Assembly: GCA_965248445.1 (NCBI GenBank)
Contig: CBDFJG010000004.1
Location: 1,216,001-1,280,000 of the forward strand
Length of the DNA stretch: 64,000 nucleotides
DNA from: Planctomycetota bacterium
GTDB lineage: Bacteria > Planctomycetota > JAJSAM01 > JAJVHW01
Direction of reading: 5' to 3'
Shown here: positions 47,980-57,926 of the stretch, piece after piece
How the letters are laid out: every line of letters starts with the position of its first letter
Position numbering within the stretch: position 1 is the first letter of the stretch
Notes under the pieces: model-generated
The model's input: the letters and a program-made list of their open reading frames with translations, nothing else
Told to the model about the DNA's origin: nothing
Databases searched by the model: none
Position numbers and translations under genes: made by a program

Positions 47980-48005
47980 ACGGCCGACGGCGGCTCCGGC
48001 AACGC

Positions 48006-48035
48006 TTGACGGCGCTCCGGGGGGGTGGGTACAAG
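48006..48035 (+). promoter_or_regulatory. Candidate sigma70 promoter for tRNA-Met
   Basis: TTGACG-N18-TACAAG ending about 22 bp upstream of the tRNA. Confidence 0.45.
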
Positions 48036-48057
48036 CCGCGGTTCCGACGACTCCGGT

Positions 48058-48133
48058 GGCGGCGTAGCTCAGGGGTTAGAGCGGCGGATTCATAACCCGC
48101 AGGTCGCTGGTTCAATTCCAGCCGCCGCTACCA
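48058..48133 (+). tRNA. tRNA with CAT anticodon, most likely elongator tRNA-Met
   Basis: GGCGGCG/CGCCGCT acceptor stem (paired 1:72, so not an initiator), TTCATAA loop, GGTTCAATTCC T arm, CCA; Ile2 not fully excluded. Confidence 0.92.
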
Positions 48134-48335
48134 CGAGTCGCTCGGGACGCTCGCTCCTCCACCGCGAGAGCCACCTGGCGGCTGGAATCTCCCAGCGCCC
48201 TACGGCACGCCGGCTATGCCGGCGCACCTGGTCGCGGGTTGCCTTCGACGGCTACGCCGCCTCGGCCACGTCGCTGCGCTCCGTTCAATCAAGCCGCCGC
48301 TACCACGAGTCGCTCGGGACGCTCGCTCCTCCACC
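48120..48335 (+). repeat. tRNA-linked element with 44-bp direct repeats and an antisense arm
   Basis: 48120-48163 is identical to 48292-48335; 48177-48188 is the exact reverse complement of tRNA 48115-48126. Confidence 0.85.
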
Positions 48336-48504
48336 ACCACCTTCGTCCGGCGGAATCGGACAGCGTCTCCCGCAGGGGAGTAGAGCAGCGCGGATCGGAC
48401 ACCCCCGCGGCGCCCGGGCGGGGAGCGTTCCGTCGTCAAGGACGCGCGACGGTTGCCCGCGGTTACATCACGTCCGAGAGCGGCCGCGGACGTACGCTGC
48501 GCCG

Positions 48505-49191
48505 GTGCGGACCGGTGTACTACTGCTCGACCTCTTCCACACGCTCGTTCACGTGCGCGCGGGGACGCCGACCTGGTCCATCCTCGGAGTCCCGAAAGAC
48601 GCGTACGAGGAGTCGTTCTACGACGATCGCGACGGACGGGCAGAGGGCCTCGTGCGCGACCCCGTCGAGTGCATGCGCATGGTTGCTCACGCCATCGATC
48701 CCGACATCCCGATGTCGCGGATCCGGACAGCCACCGAGACGCGCGAAGTGCGCTTCGCCGACGCGTTCACGAAGCTGCCCCACGGTGTCGAGGACGGCAT
48801 CCGGCGGCTCTCCGAGTCGGGAGTCCGCCTCGGGCTCGTCTCGAACGTGATGCACGGCGAAGCCGTGGGGTGGGTGGACAGCGCCATCGCGGCCCACTTC
48901 GAGACCGCGGTCTTCTCGTGCGACGTCGGAATCGTCAAGCCAGACCGGGGCATCTACGACCTCGCGCTCGAGGCGCTCGGCACGCCTCCGGAGCAGGCCT
49001 GGTTCGCGGGCGACGGAGGGAGTGACGAACTCCGCGGCGCGCGCGACATCGGGCTGACGAGCGTCCTCGTCACGCACGTCTTGGATGAGATCGCGCCTCA
49101 CCGCGTCGTCGAACGCCGCGCGCACGCACACCACGTCGTACGCGGAATCGACGATCTCGCGGACCTTGTGCTCGAGACTGCATCCGCATGA
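48505..49191 (+). CDS. HAD-superfamily hydrolase
   Basis: 'LLDLFHTL', 'VSN', 'KPD..IY', 'GDGGSDEL.GA'. Confidence 0.85.
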   Translation: MRTGVLLLDLFHTLVHVRAGTPTWSILGVPKDAYEESFYDDRDGRAEGLVRDPVECMRMVAHAIDPDIPMSRIRTATETREVRFADAFTKLPHGVEDGIRRLSESGVRLGLVSNVMHGEAVGWVDSAIAAHFETAVFSCDVGIVKPDRGIYDLALEALGTPPEQAWFAGDGGSDELRGARDIGLTSVLVTHVLDEIAPHRVVERRAHAHHVVRGIDDLADLVLETASA

Positions 49192-49889
49192 CACCCACCG
49201 CGGGTCCGCCGCTGACGCTCACGGGCGGGCTCTCTCCGCAGACCGCTCTCGGCGTCGTCGTCGCGCGCGGGATCTCACTCACGGCCGCGACCTCGACCCT
49301 CGACACGGCGATCGACGAACTCGTGCAGGTGCGGCAGCGTGGCGACTTCCCGCCCGCGGAGTTGAAGGCGGGCGTGCGTGCGCTGCTGCGTTTCGGCGGT
49401 TACAAGCCGTCCGGCCGCGGCAAGCCGGCAAGCGAGTACCTCGCCGGCGCAGCCCGGAAGGGAGCGTTCCCGCGGTTGAGTCCGCTGGTGGACACGGCCA
49501 ACCGTTACTCGCTGCTCACCGGTCTGCCGATCTCGCTGGTCGATCTCGACCTCGCCGCACCGCAGGGAGAGCCGCTCGTCGCGCGACTCGGTCACGAGGG
49601 AGAGCGCTACGTGTTCAACCAGTCCGGGCAGGACATCAACATCGCGGGACTCTTGGTGCTGGCGCGCGAGGGCGGCGACGCATTCGCCAATCCGGTAAAG
49701 GACTCGCTCGCAACACGCACGCACGACGGTACGAAGAACGCGCTCGCCGTGATCTACGGTACGACGGCGGTGGCAACGGCCGACATCATCGAGCGGATGG
49801 CCGCGCAGCTGGGGGCGGAGTTCGCCCGTCACGCAGGCGCGACTGGGATTTCCTCCGTTGTGCTGACCGCTGCTCCGCCGGTCGCGTAG
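49188..49889 (+). CDS. Standalone B3/B4 (PheRS beta editing domain-like) protein
   Basis: 'GYKPSGRGKPASEYL', 'PLVD..N..SL.TGLPISL.D'. Confidence 0.8.
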   Translation: MTPTAGPPLTLTGGLSPQTALGVVVARGISLTAATSTLDTAIDELVQVRQRGDFPPAELKAGVRALLRFGGYKPSGRGKPASEYLAGAARKGAFPRLSPLVDTANRYSLLTGLPISLVDLDLAAPQGEPLVARLGHEGERYVFNQSGQDINIAGLLVLAREGGDAFANPVKDSLATRTHDGTKNALAVIYGTTAVATADIIERMAAQLGAEFARHAGATGISSVVLTAAPPVA

Positions 49890-49904
49890 GATCGCCTGCA
49901 CACC

Positions 49905-52166
49905 GTGTCGCGACACACACTCCCGCTGACGTCCGCGCTGGTTCTCCTGCTCGCAGCTTGCGGCGACGCGCGCGGGCAGGACGACAAGCCGGCGCCCCCG
50001 CCTCCGCCGAGGAACCCTGCGATGGACGATCACGACAACGCGGGCGCTAACACGGCAGCAGAGCACGGCAAGACAGGAGAACACGGGCACACGAACCGGC
50101 TGGCGCAGGAGTCGAGTCCGTACCTGCTGCAACACCAGCACAACCCGGTGGACTGGTACCCGTGGGGCGAGGAGGCGTTCGCCAAGGCCGAGAAGGAAGA
50201 CAAGCCCGTCTTCCTCTCCATCGGCTATTCGACCTGCCATTGGTGCCACGTGATGGAGCGTGAATCGTTCGAGAACGACGACATCGCAGCGGTCCTGAAC
50301 AAGCACTTCGTCGCGATCAAGGTGGACCGCGAGGAGCGTCCCGACGTGGATGCCGTCTACATGGCATCGGTCCAGGCGATCGGCGGCCGCGGCGGCTGGC
50401 CGCTGTCCGTGTGGATGACTGCAGACGGCAAACCGTTCTTCGGGGGAACGTACTTCCCGCCGGAGGACCGCTACGGCCGCGCCGGCTTCAAGACGGTTCT
50501 CCTGCGCATCGAGGAACTCTGGCGCACCGACCGGCTTGGGCTGATCGAGCGTTCGAACCAGCTCCTCGAGCACGTGCGCGCTCAGAACTCGGCGAAGGGC
50601 GGAGCCGAACTCGACGCCGAGGTGCTCGCCCTCGCCGTGCGGCAGTACCAGGGCGCGTTCGACTCGGAGCGCGGCGGCTTCGGACCCGCCCCGAAGTTCC
50701 CGCGGGCGTTCTCCCACTGGTTCCTCCTGCGGCAGGCTGGCGAGCGCCGCACGCAGATCGAACCGATGGTCCGCCGGACTCTCGACGCAATGCGCCTCGG
50801 GGGCATCCACGATCACGTGGGCGGCGGCTTCCACCGCTACTCGACGGACACCGACTGGCTCGTCCCCCACTTCGAGAAGATGCTCTACGACCAGGCGATG
50901 CTCTCGCGTGCGTATGCGGAGGCGTACCAGGTGTTGCACGACGAGCGCTACGCCGAGACCGCGCGCGATGTCCTCGAGTACGTCCTGCGCGACCTGCGCG
51001 ACCCTGCCGGGGGATTCCACTCCGCAGAGGACGCGGACTCCGAGGGCGAGGAAGGAAAGTTCTACGTCTGGACGCGCAAGGAACTCGTCGAGGTGCTCGG
51101 GGCCGAGGACGGCAAGCTCATCGCCGATGTCTACGAGGCGACCGACGCCGGCAACTTCATCGACGAGGCGGCGCGCGCGCGCAACGGCACCAACATCCCC
51201 CACCTCTCACGCGACCTGCGCGAGCACGCTGCGGCCCGGCGCGTGGATGTCGCAGCGTTCGAGACGCGTCTCGCCGGTCTACGCGACAAGCTCCTGGCGG
51301 TGCGGGACAAGCGCATCCGGCCGGGCCTCGACGACAAGGTGCTGACGGACTGGAACGGCCTCATCATCGGATCGCTCGCTTACTCCGGGCGTGTGCTCGA
51401 CGAGCCGCGCTACATCGCGGCGGCGACCGAGGCGGCGGAGTTCGTGCTGCGCGAGATGTGGGACGGCAACAGGCTGCTCCACCGCTACCGCCGCGGGGAG
51501 AAGGGCATCGACGGCTTCCTGGAGGACTACGGCTACCTGGCGCACGGCCTCTTCGAGCTGCACCAGTCGACGCAGGATCCCAAGTGGCTGCGGGCCGCGC
51601 GCGATCTGCTGCACGTGATGATCGACCGCTTCCACGACGCTGAGGGCGGCGGCTTCCACCTGGCGTCGCGCGGCGGCGAGGTTCTGGTCGCGAAGACCAA
51701 GGAGCTGTACGACGGCGCACTCCCCTCGGGCAACTCCGTCGCGCTCCACGAACTCCTTCGGCTCGGGCGGCTGCTCGGGGACGAGCGCATGCTCTCGGTC
51801 GGACGCGCAACGCTGAAGGCGTGGTCCGGCACCATCTCACGGCACCCCATGGGCTACGCGTTCGCGCTGCTCGGCCTCGATCTCGAGGTCGGGACCGCAC
51901 GCGAAGTCGTGATCGCCGGGGATCCGGCGGCGGAGAGCACCAAGGCGATGCTCGCGGCGGTACGACGCCGCTACGCGCCCCGTGATCTCGTGCTCCTGCA
52001 CCCGACGGGCCCTGCCGGCGACGACCTGCGCAAGCTCGCGCCCTTCGTGGCGGCGCAGGGTCCGGTGGACGGGCGAAGCGCGGCCTACGTCTGCACGGAT
52101 CGCGCGTGCCAGGCCCCCGTCACCACCGCAGCGAAGCTCGTAGAGACCCTCAACAGCGCTGAGTGA
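49905..52166 (+). CDS. YyaL/SSP411-family thioredoxin-domain protein, predicted lipoprotein
   Basis: '[17 protein letters not shown]', '[12 protein letters not shown]', '[11 protein letters not shown]', '[11 protein letters not shown]'; lipobox LAAC. Confidence 0.9.
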   Translation: MSRHTLPLTSALVLLLAACGDARGQDDKPAPPPPPRNPAMDDHDNAGANTAAEHGKTGEHGHTNRLAQESSPYLLQHQHNPVDWYPWGEEAFAKAEKEDKPVFLSIGYSTCHWCHVMERESFENDDIAAVLNKHFVAIKVDREERPDVDAVYMASVQAIGGRGGWPLSVWMTADGKPFFGGTYFPPEDRYGRAGFKTVLLRIEELWRTDRLGLIERSNQLLEHVRAQNSAKGGAELDAEVLALAVRQYQGAFDSERGGFGPAPKFPRAFSHWFLLRQAGERRTQIEPMVRRTLDAMRLGGIHDHVGGGFHRYSTDTDWLVPHFEKMLYDQAMLSRAYAEAYQVLHDERYAETARDVLEYVLRDLRDPAGGFHSAEDADSEGEEGKFYVWTRKELVEVLGAEDGKLIADVYEATDAGNFIDEAARARNGTNIPHLSRDLREHAAARRVDVAAFETRLAGLRDKLLAVRDKRIRPGLDDKVLTDWNGLIIGSLAYSGRVLDEPRYIAAATEAAEFVLREMWDGNRLLHRYRRGEKGIDGFLEDYGYLAHGLFELHQSTQDPKWLRAARDLLHVMIDRFHDAEGGGFHLASRGGEVLVAKTKELYDGALPSGNSVALHELLRLGRLLGDERMLSVGRATLKAWSGTISRHPMGYAFALLGLDLEVGTAREVVIAGDPAAESTKAMLAAVRRRYAPRDLVLLHPTGPAGDDLRKLAPFVAAQGPVDGRSAAYVCTDRACQAPVTTAAKLVETLNSAE

Positions 52167-52212
52167 GATGGGGCCGACTGAGGCCCCCGGGGCTCTCGAG
52201 GAACTGCGGTGC

Positions 52213-53250
52213 TCACCACTGGCGCTTGTTGCGGAAATCGTCGTGGCACGACTTGCAGCCGGCCTTGACGTCGGTGTACGCGGCCTCCGACGCGACGGAG
52301 TCACTGCGCCTGAGCGCGTCCTCGAGGCTCTTGGCGGCGGTCTCCGAGCGAGACAGGTGCGCGGCGAACGCATCGCCGAGCTTCTTCGCCTCGTCGGTCC
52401 GCGCGATCTCGCGGAAGTGCTCCCAGATCATGCGCGCCTCGTGCGGCGGGTCGACGTCGGGGTTCTGGGCGGGCACGGTCCACTTCGCCTCGCGGGAGTC
52501 CTGCAGATTGCTGAACCGCTCGTCCACGTGGACCATCGCGTCCACCAGCCCCGCCGGGGCGACGTAGGACGGCAGGTCCGCGGGCACGGCCGCCACGGCC
52601 TCTCGGTCGGGCACGAACGCCTGCACGTCCGCGTAGAGGCCCGTGTACTTCGCGCTCGTGCCGCTCAGCTTCATGGCCGCGACGGCCTCGTCGTTCGAGA
52701 TGCCCTCGAGCGCGATGCGCGCGATCATCGTCGCCGTCGGGCCGCGGTGCAGGCCGTGATGGCAGTGCACGTACACGGGTCCGTCCGACGATTCGACGGC
52801 CTTGGTGATGCGTGCGGCCTGCTCGGCCTCGACGCCGTGGTACCCGATCGGGATGTGCACGTAGCGCAGGCCGTGCTTGGCGGCGTTCTCGAGATCCGGA
52901 CGGGCGCCGTCCACCGACAGCACCGTCGTGTAGCCGAGGGCGGAGAGGTTCTGGAACGCGACCTCGCCGCCGGGCTGCGCCCCCTGGCCGAGCCGGTGTG
53001 TCCAGCGCCGGTGGTGGTGCAGCCCGAGCGGCTCGCCGTGCTCGTCCAGGAGCACCTCGGACGGGGTCTCGAATGCGGTAACGGCACCCGGCCGGTCGTC
53101 CGGAGCCGGCGTGGACGTCCCGGGCGAGTCCGCGCAGGCCGCGGCGGCCAGCACCGCCAGCATCGCCACCAGGCTCCCGGCGAGGAGCCTCGTGCGATGG
53201 CCGCTCCTCTGGTTTCTCTGGGCTCGGGTGGGCTTCTGGCGCGCGCGCAT
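52213..53250 (-). CDS. Exported Cys-phosphatase-like (CX5R) domain fused to a cytochrome c'-like domain
   Basis: 'YVHCHHGLHRG' and C-terminal 'CKSCH' after a helical bundle; signal ending AAAAC. Confidence 0.75.
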   Translation of the reverse strand: MRARQKPTRAQRNQRSGHRTRLLAGSLVAMLAVLAAAACADSPGTSTPAPDDRPGAVTAFETPSEVLLDEHGEPLGLHHHRRWTHRLGQGAQPGGEVAFQNLSALGYTTVLSVDGARPDLENAAKHGLRYVHIPIGYHGVEAEQAARITKAVESSDGPVYVHCHHGLHRGPTATMIARIALEGISNDEAVAAMKLSGTSAKYTGLYADVQAFVPDREAVAAVPADLPSYVAPAGLVDAMVHVDERFSNLQDSREAKWTVPAQNPDVDPPHEARMIWEHFREIARTDEAKKLGDAFAAHLSRSETAAKSLEDALRRSDSVASEAAYTDVKAGCKSCHDDFRNKRQW

Positions 53251-53417
53251 CGTCGTGATCCCTCCGTCACGCACCGGGGTGCGTGGCAGACCAGGCGCAA
53301 GGGACGTACCGCTCGGCCGCCCGGCGGCTCAGGCACCGCGAGCGTATCGTCTCCGGTACACGTCCCGTCGGGGTAACCGCGGGCAGGCGTGGGCGGACAC
53401 GCAGTACGATCCCCTCC

Positions 53418-55211
53418 ATGTGGAGGCTGAGGCTGATCGAGGGTGCCGCCGACCCTGCCGAGATCGACGTCGAGAGCGTCGTCGTCCTCGGCCGGGGCTC
53501 CGGGGTGGACGTGCGCCTGGCGGGCAACAACGTCTCGCGGCGCCACGCCCGGGTCGCGGTGCGGGGGGAGGATCTGCGAGCAGAGGACCTCGACTCCGCG
53601 AACGGGATTGCGGTGAACGACACGGCTGTGGAGAGCGGCGGGGTCGTCGGGCTGGCAGACGGCGACGCACTGCGACTCGGCGACGTGGTCTTCGCGGTCG
53701 AGCGGCTGCTCGACAGCGACTCACGTCCGCGCACGGTCGGCACGGACGCGAACGTACGGGTCGAGGGCAGCGTCAGCAGCGCCGACCACACCGAGTTCCC
53801 GGACCTGCTGAGCTGGGTCTCGGACGCCGCTCGCGGGACGACCGCTGCACAGCGCGTCGCATCGGGCACGTCGGAGTTGCTCCGCGCCGACTCGGTGGTC
53901 GTCCTGGTGCGCGTCCACCGCGGCGGGTCGTACCACGTCGTCGCCTCGCATCCAGCGGGAGACGACGACGCCCCACCCGTGTCGCGCGCACTGCTGGCGC
54001 GCGCGGAAGTGGCGCGTGAGGGACTGCTGCTCTCTGCGGATCTGCCCGACCTGCTGTCGCGCGAGTCCGTCGCCGCCCGCGCTGCCGGCTCCGCCCTCTG
54101 CGCGCCGATCGAGCACGACGGGGAGGTGATCGGCGCGTTCTACGCGGAACGGCGCGCGGACTGGCTCGTCTACGAACAGGCGGACCTGGCGGTGTTCGCG
54201 GCGATCGCGCGCGCCGCGGGCGCCGTGCTGGCGGACGAACTGGTCGCCGCGCGCCGCGGTGCGCGGGAGTCCGCCCTGCTCGTGCCGGAGGGCCGCGCGC
54301 AGCCGACACCGCTCCTGATCGGCGCGTCCCCGACGTACCTCGCCGTGCTGGATGTCGTCGAACGGGTCGCCAGTCTGCCCAGCAGCGTGCTTCTCGTCGG
54401 CGAGCGCGGGACCGGACGCAAGACGCTGGCCCGCACGATCCACCAGGGAGGACGGCAGCAGGCAGGTCCGTTCGTGGTCGTGCCGTGTCCGGAGCTCGGT
54501 CCCAACCGCGAGGCGGAGCTGTTGCTCGGGGAGGTCACGGCGGACGGGGCGCGCACCGGTCTGCTCGCGCACGCCGGCGGCGGCACGGTGTGCCTCGCGG
54601 AGGTCGACCGCCTCGGCACAGAGGGGCAGGCAGCGCTCCTGCGTGCGCTCACCACCCGCGCGCTCACGCCGGTGGGCGGAGGGAGCAGCGAGCCGCTGCG
54701 CGCTCGCATCGTCGCGACCGCGGACCCCTCCGTGGCGAAGCGGGTCGCCGCAGGCGAGTTCTCCGCCGATCTCCACGCGCGCCTCGGACCGGTCCTCGTC
54801 CACGTACCGTCCCTGCGTTCCCGCTCCGAGGACGTCGGGCTGCTGGCGAGGCACTTCGCGTCACTGCACGGACTGCGCATCCGGCACGCGCAAATGCGCG
54901 TTGCGGACGACGTCGTCGAGGCGCTGCGCACCTACTCGTTCGGCGGGAACGTGGCGGAACTCTCCGCGATCATCGAGTGGATGGTGCTGTCGGCGGCAGG
55001 AGACACGCTCGTCATGGACGACGTTCCCGAAGACGTGCGCGCATCGTCCGGCGCGGAACGTCCGAGCGATCTCTCTCTTGCGGCGGCCGAGCGTGCGGCG
55101 GTGGCGCGCGCGCTGCGCGCGACCGGTGGGAGGCGCGGGAAAGCGGCGGAGTTGCTCGGGATCTCCTGGCCGACGCTGACCAAGAAGATCCGGAAGTACG
55201 GGCTCGAGTGA
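53418..55211 (+). CDS. FHA-GAF-AAA+-Fis HTH regulator (degenerate sigma54-activator-like)
   Basis: FHA 'LGR..VSRRHA..DLDSANG'; GAF 'ALCAPI'; 'GERGTGRK'; 'AAELLGIS..TL.KK'. Confidence 0.85.
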   Translation: MWRLRLIEGAADPAEIDVESVVVLGRGSGVDVRLAGNNVSRRHARVAVRGEDLRAEDLDSANGIAVNDTAVESGGVVGLADGDALRLGDVVFAVERLLDSDSRPRTVGTDANVRVEGSVSSADHTEFPDLLSWVSDAARGTTAAQRVASGTSELLRADSVVVLVRVHRGGSYHVVASHPAGDDDAPPVSRALLARAEVAREGLLLSADLPDLLSRESVAARAAGSALCAPIEHDGEVIGAFYAERRADWLVYEQADLAVFAAIARAAGAVLADELVAARRGARESALLVPEGRAQPTPLLIGASPTYLAVLDVVERVASLPSSVLLVGERGTGRKTLARTIHQGGRQQAGPFVVVPCPELGPNREAELLLGEVTADGARTGLLAHAGGGTVCLAEVDRLGTEGQAALLRALTTRALTPVGGGSSEPLRARIVATADPSVAKRVAAGEFSADLHARLGPVLVHVPSLRSRSEDVGLLARHFASLHGLRIRHAQMRVADDVVEALRTYSFGGNVAELSAIIEWMVLSAAGDTLVMDDVPEDVRASSGAERPSDLSLAAAERAAVARALRATGGRRGKAAELLGISWPTLTKKIRKYGLE

Positions 55212-55215
55212 CGAG

Positions 55216-57849
55216 TCAGTTGGCGCGCTTGTAGGCGTTGCGCGCTTCGAGAACCAGTTCGTCCATCTTCCTCTTCGCGACTTCGCAGATGGCCTGAACC
55301 GCGCCGTCGCCCTTGTCCGCGTCGGGCTCGAACGTGCGATCGGCGAGCTCGCCCGCGGCCTTGAGGAACAGGCGTCGTTCGTCGTCGTCCTTCGCGTTCT
55401 CGATGCCGTGTCCGACGCGCCAGGCAGCCTTGTCGCCCATCGCGTCGAGGTCCGTCTTCGCCGACGCCTCGGTGGCGGGCCGGCTGAGCGCCTCCATGAT
55501 GCGTTCGAACTTGGCGCGTTCCTTGTTCGTCCCCGCGCGCGCGGCCGTCAAGAGCCGACCTGCGCGAGCGCGGTCGTCGTCGCCGAGTGCGGACGCCGCC
55601 TCATCGGCCTGCGTCAGCGCAACCAGCGCGCGCCGGGGGTCGCCGAGGCGGAGGAGGACGTCGCCGAGTTCGAGGAACACCCTGACGTGCAACTCGTGCG
55701 GCGTCGTGGCCGCCGCTTCCTCCAAGCCGAGCAGGATGCGGGCGGCTCCCCGCAGGTTCTCGGCGTCGCCGATCGCGTGGGCGGCGCGGGCCTCGAGAAG
55801 TGACCAGCGTGCCTTCGGGTCGTCGTCGCGCGCGGACGTGACGAGTTCGCCGGCGAGTCCCATGGCGCCGGACGGGTCGCCACCGACCAGGAGCCACTCG
55901 GCCAGTTGTTCGCGCGGCATGCCGCGACCGCCCTCCGCCTCCCACGGCCGGTCCCGTGAGGCGACGACACTCGCGAGCAGCGCGACACCCCGCGCGCGGC
56001 GTGCGGCCACGGGTGAGTCCCACAGACTCTGCGCGTCGTCCAGGACAGACTTGATCGGCAGCTCGCGCTCGAGTTCCAAGAGCCGGTTCGCGACGTACAC
56101 CTCAAACACCGCATCGACGTCGATTGCGTCGCCGAGGTGTCCCAGCGCGTCGTCCGGCGCGAGTTCGAGGACGGCGCGGGCGGCCTCCTCGCGCACTCCG
56201 GTGTCCTCGTCTTCGAGGAGGACCCGTTTGAGTGCGGGCAGCGTCTCGTCCAGCCCCTCCTTGGGGCCGCCCTTCAAGTAACCCGCGCTGCTGCTGCGGA
56301 CACGCGGACTGGCATCGCGCAAGCCGAGTTCGACCAGCGCGGCGCGCGCTGCGGGGACGCCGCGCCCCCACAGCTTGCCGAGCGCGGAGGCGGCGCTGTT
56401 TCGCAGACCCGCTTCGCCCTCTGCGGTGCGGACGCGCAGCAGTTCGATGAACACGTCGTGGGAGACGTCTTCGGGCGAGTTCGTGAGCATGATCACGAGT
56501 TGCTCCGCCACTTCGACGTCGCGCTCGCGCTGCAACCGCTCGGTGAGCCACGGCACGATCCGCACGTCCACCGAATCGAGGTTCTCGAGCTTCTCGAGGG
56601 CGCCGAGTTGCAGGCGGCGCAGTTCTGCGTCGGTGTCCGCGAGAAGGTCGTACTGGTCCTGCAGGAACTTGGCGGGGCGCGGGTCGCGCAACGCACGGAT
56701 CATGCGGAGGGCAGACTCACGAACGCGCCGAGACGCCCGCCCCGCGACCTGAGCGCGGACGGTCAGCGTCTCCAGCCCTGCGTCCGTGACGCTCTCCCGC
56801 AGTGAGTCTGCGAATGGGATGAGAGCCGCGAGCAGCGCCTGTTCGACGTCGTCGTGCGTCTCGGCGTCCAGCGCCGCGAGCAACGCGGCCGCTGCAGCGC
56901 TCTTCGTGGGCGTGGCGTCGGGATCGGCAGCGAAGTCGTGCCCGGACACACGCGCGACGGCGGCCACGCGGATACCCGGTGACGGGGAAGCCACCACGAG
57001 CAGATCAAGAAGCTGCTCGAGCGGGAGCGCAGCGACAGCCGCGTGCGCCAGCCGGATGTACTCCTGCTCGAACGCGTCGCGATCGCCGGTTCCCGTTGGA
57101 GCGGCCACCTGGCCGGCGATGCGTCTGCGCAACAACTGGGCGAGCGTAACCCCGGAGCCGAGCTCGGCCACGTCTGAGCGCGCGGTCTCGATGTCGGGCG
57201 TGGCCGGGAGGATTCGTCGGAACGCACGCTGGGCGGCGGCGCGGAGCGCCTCGTCACCCGACGTGCCCCAGATCTGGACCAGTGTCGCGAGGCCGCCGCC
57301 TTGACCGCACTCGCCGAGCGTCTCCACAGCGGTCACCCGGTACGCCACCGGGCGGTTCGAGTTCAGGCAGAGCTCGCTGAGCGCGCGCACCACGGTCTCG
57401 TTCGCGTTCTGCGCCACCGGCGCCCGGATGCGTCGCCCGAGAGACGAGTCGCCCTCGAGCCGGAGCCGCTCGACGAAGGAGCCGAGCAGTTCGGTCGCCC
57501 CCGGATCGGAGATCACGCTGAGTGCGATCTGCTCGACCACGTCGCGAGGCGCCGAGGGGTCCTGCAGCATGGCACCGAACCGCGTCCGTGCGAGGGGCGA
57601 TCCGGAGGCCAAGAGCCGGTCCACAGTCTCGCGCAGCCGCCCGGGCACCTTGCGCGTTACGGGCATGCGCAACCGGTTCAGGAGATCGCTGATCGAGGGC
57701 TCATCCTCCGCGGGCGAAGCCACATCGGCGGCGTCCTGCGCGTGCGCCGGACGCTCGACGACGTCGGTGACGAGCGCCGCTGCGCCGACTGCGGCGAACC
57801 CGCAAGCGAGACGGCGAACGAGACGGCGAACGGGCGTGGATTCGGTCAT
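55216..57849 (-). CDS. Exported HEAT/TPR-like repeat protein
   Basis: RR-containing signal 'AHA|QD'; 'D.SPRVRSSSA', 'DEDTGVREEAA' repeats. Confidence 0.7.
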   Translation of the reverse strand: MTESTPVRRLVRRLACGFAAVGAAALVTDVVERPAHAQDAADVASPAEDEPSISDLLNRLRMPVTRKVPGRLRETVDRLLASGSPLARTRFGAMLQDPSAPRDVVEQIALSVISDPGATELLGSFVERLRLEGDSSLGRRIRAPVAQNANETVVRALSELCLNSNRPVAYRVTAVETLGECGQGGGLATLVQIWGTSGDEALRAAAQRAFRRILPATPDIETARSDVAELGSGVTLAQLLRRRIAGQVAAPTGTGDRDAFEQEYIRLAHAAVAALPLEQLLDLLVVASPSPGIRVAAVARVSGHDFAADPDATPTKSAAAAALLAALDAETHDDVEQALLAALIPFADSLRESVTDAGLETLTVRAQVAGRASRRVRESALRMIRALRDPRPAKFLQDQYDLLADTDAELRRLQLGALEKLENLDSVDVRIVPWLTERLQRERDVEVAEQLVIMLTNSPEDVSHDVFIELLRVRTAEGEAGLRNSAASALGKLWGRGVPAARAALVELGLRDASPRVRSSSAGYLKGGPKEGLDETLPALKRVLLEDEDTGVREEAARAVLELAPDDALGHLGDAIDVDAVFEVYVANRLLELERELPIKSVLDDAQSLWDSPVAARRARGVALLASVVASRDRPWEAEGGRGMPREQLAEWLLVGGDPSGAMGLAGELVTSARDDDPKARWSLLEARAAHAIGDAENLRGAARILLGLEEAAATTPHELHVRVFLELGDVLLRLGDPRRALVALTQADEAASALGDDDRARAGRLLTAARAGTNKERAKFERIMEALSRPATEASAKTDLDAMGDKAAWRVGHGIENAKDDDERRLFLKAAGELADRTFEPDADKGDGAVQAICEVAKRKMDELVLEARNAYKRAN

Positions 57850-57926
57850 GGTGCGGCGCAGGGAACGTGGTCACCTCCATCGTACGGGATCGACTGTCGC
57901 GCCGAGCAGACGCGAGGAGCGCGCCG

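Noticed and set aside
48058..48133. Initiator tRNA-fMet
   Set aside because: Has a paired 1:72 position and lacks three consecutive G-C pairs at the base of the anticodon stem
57807..57830. 12-bp tandem duplication (VRRL x2)
   Set aside because: Only two copies in a signal-peptide n-region; likely incidental
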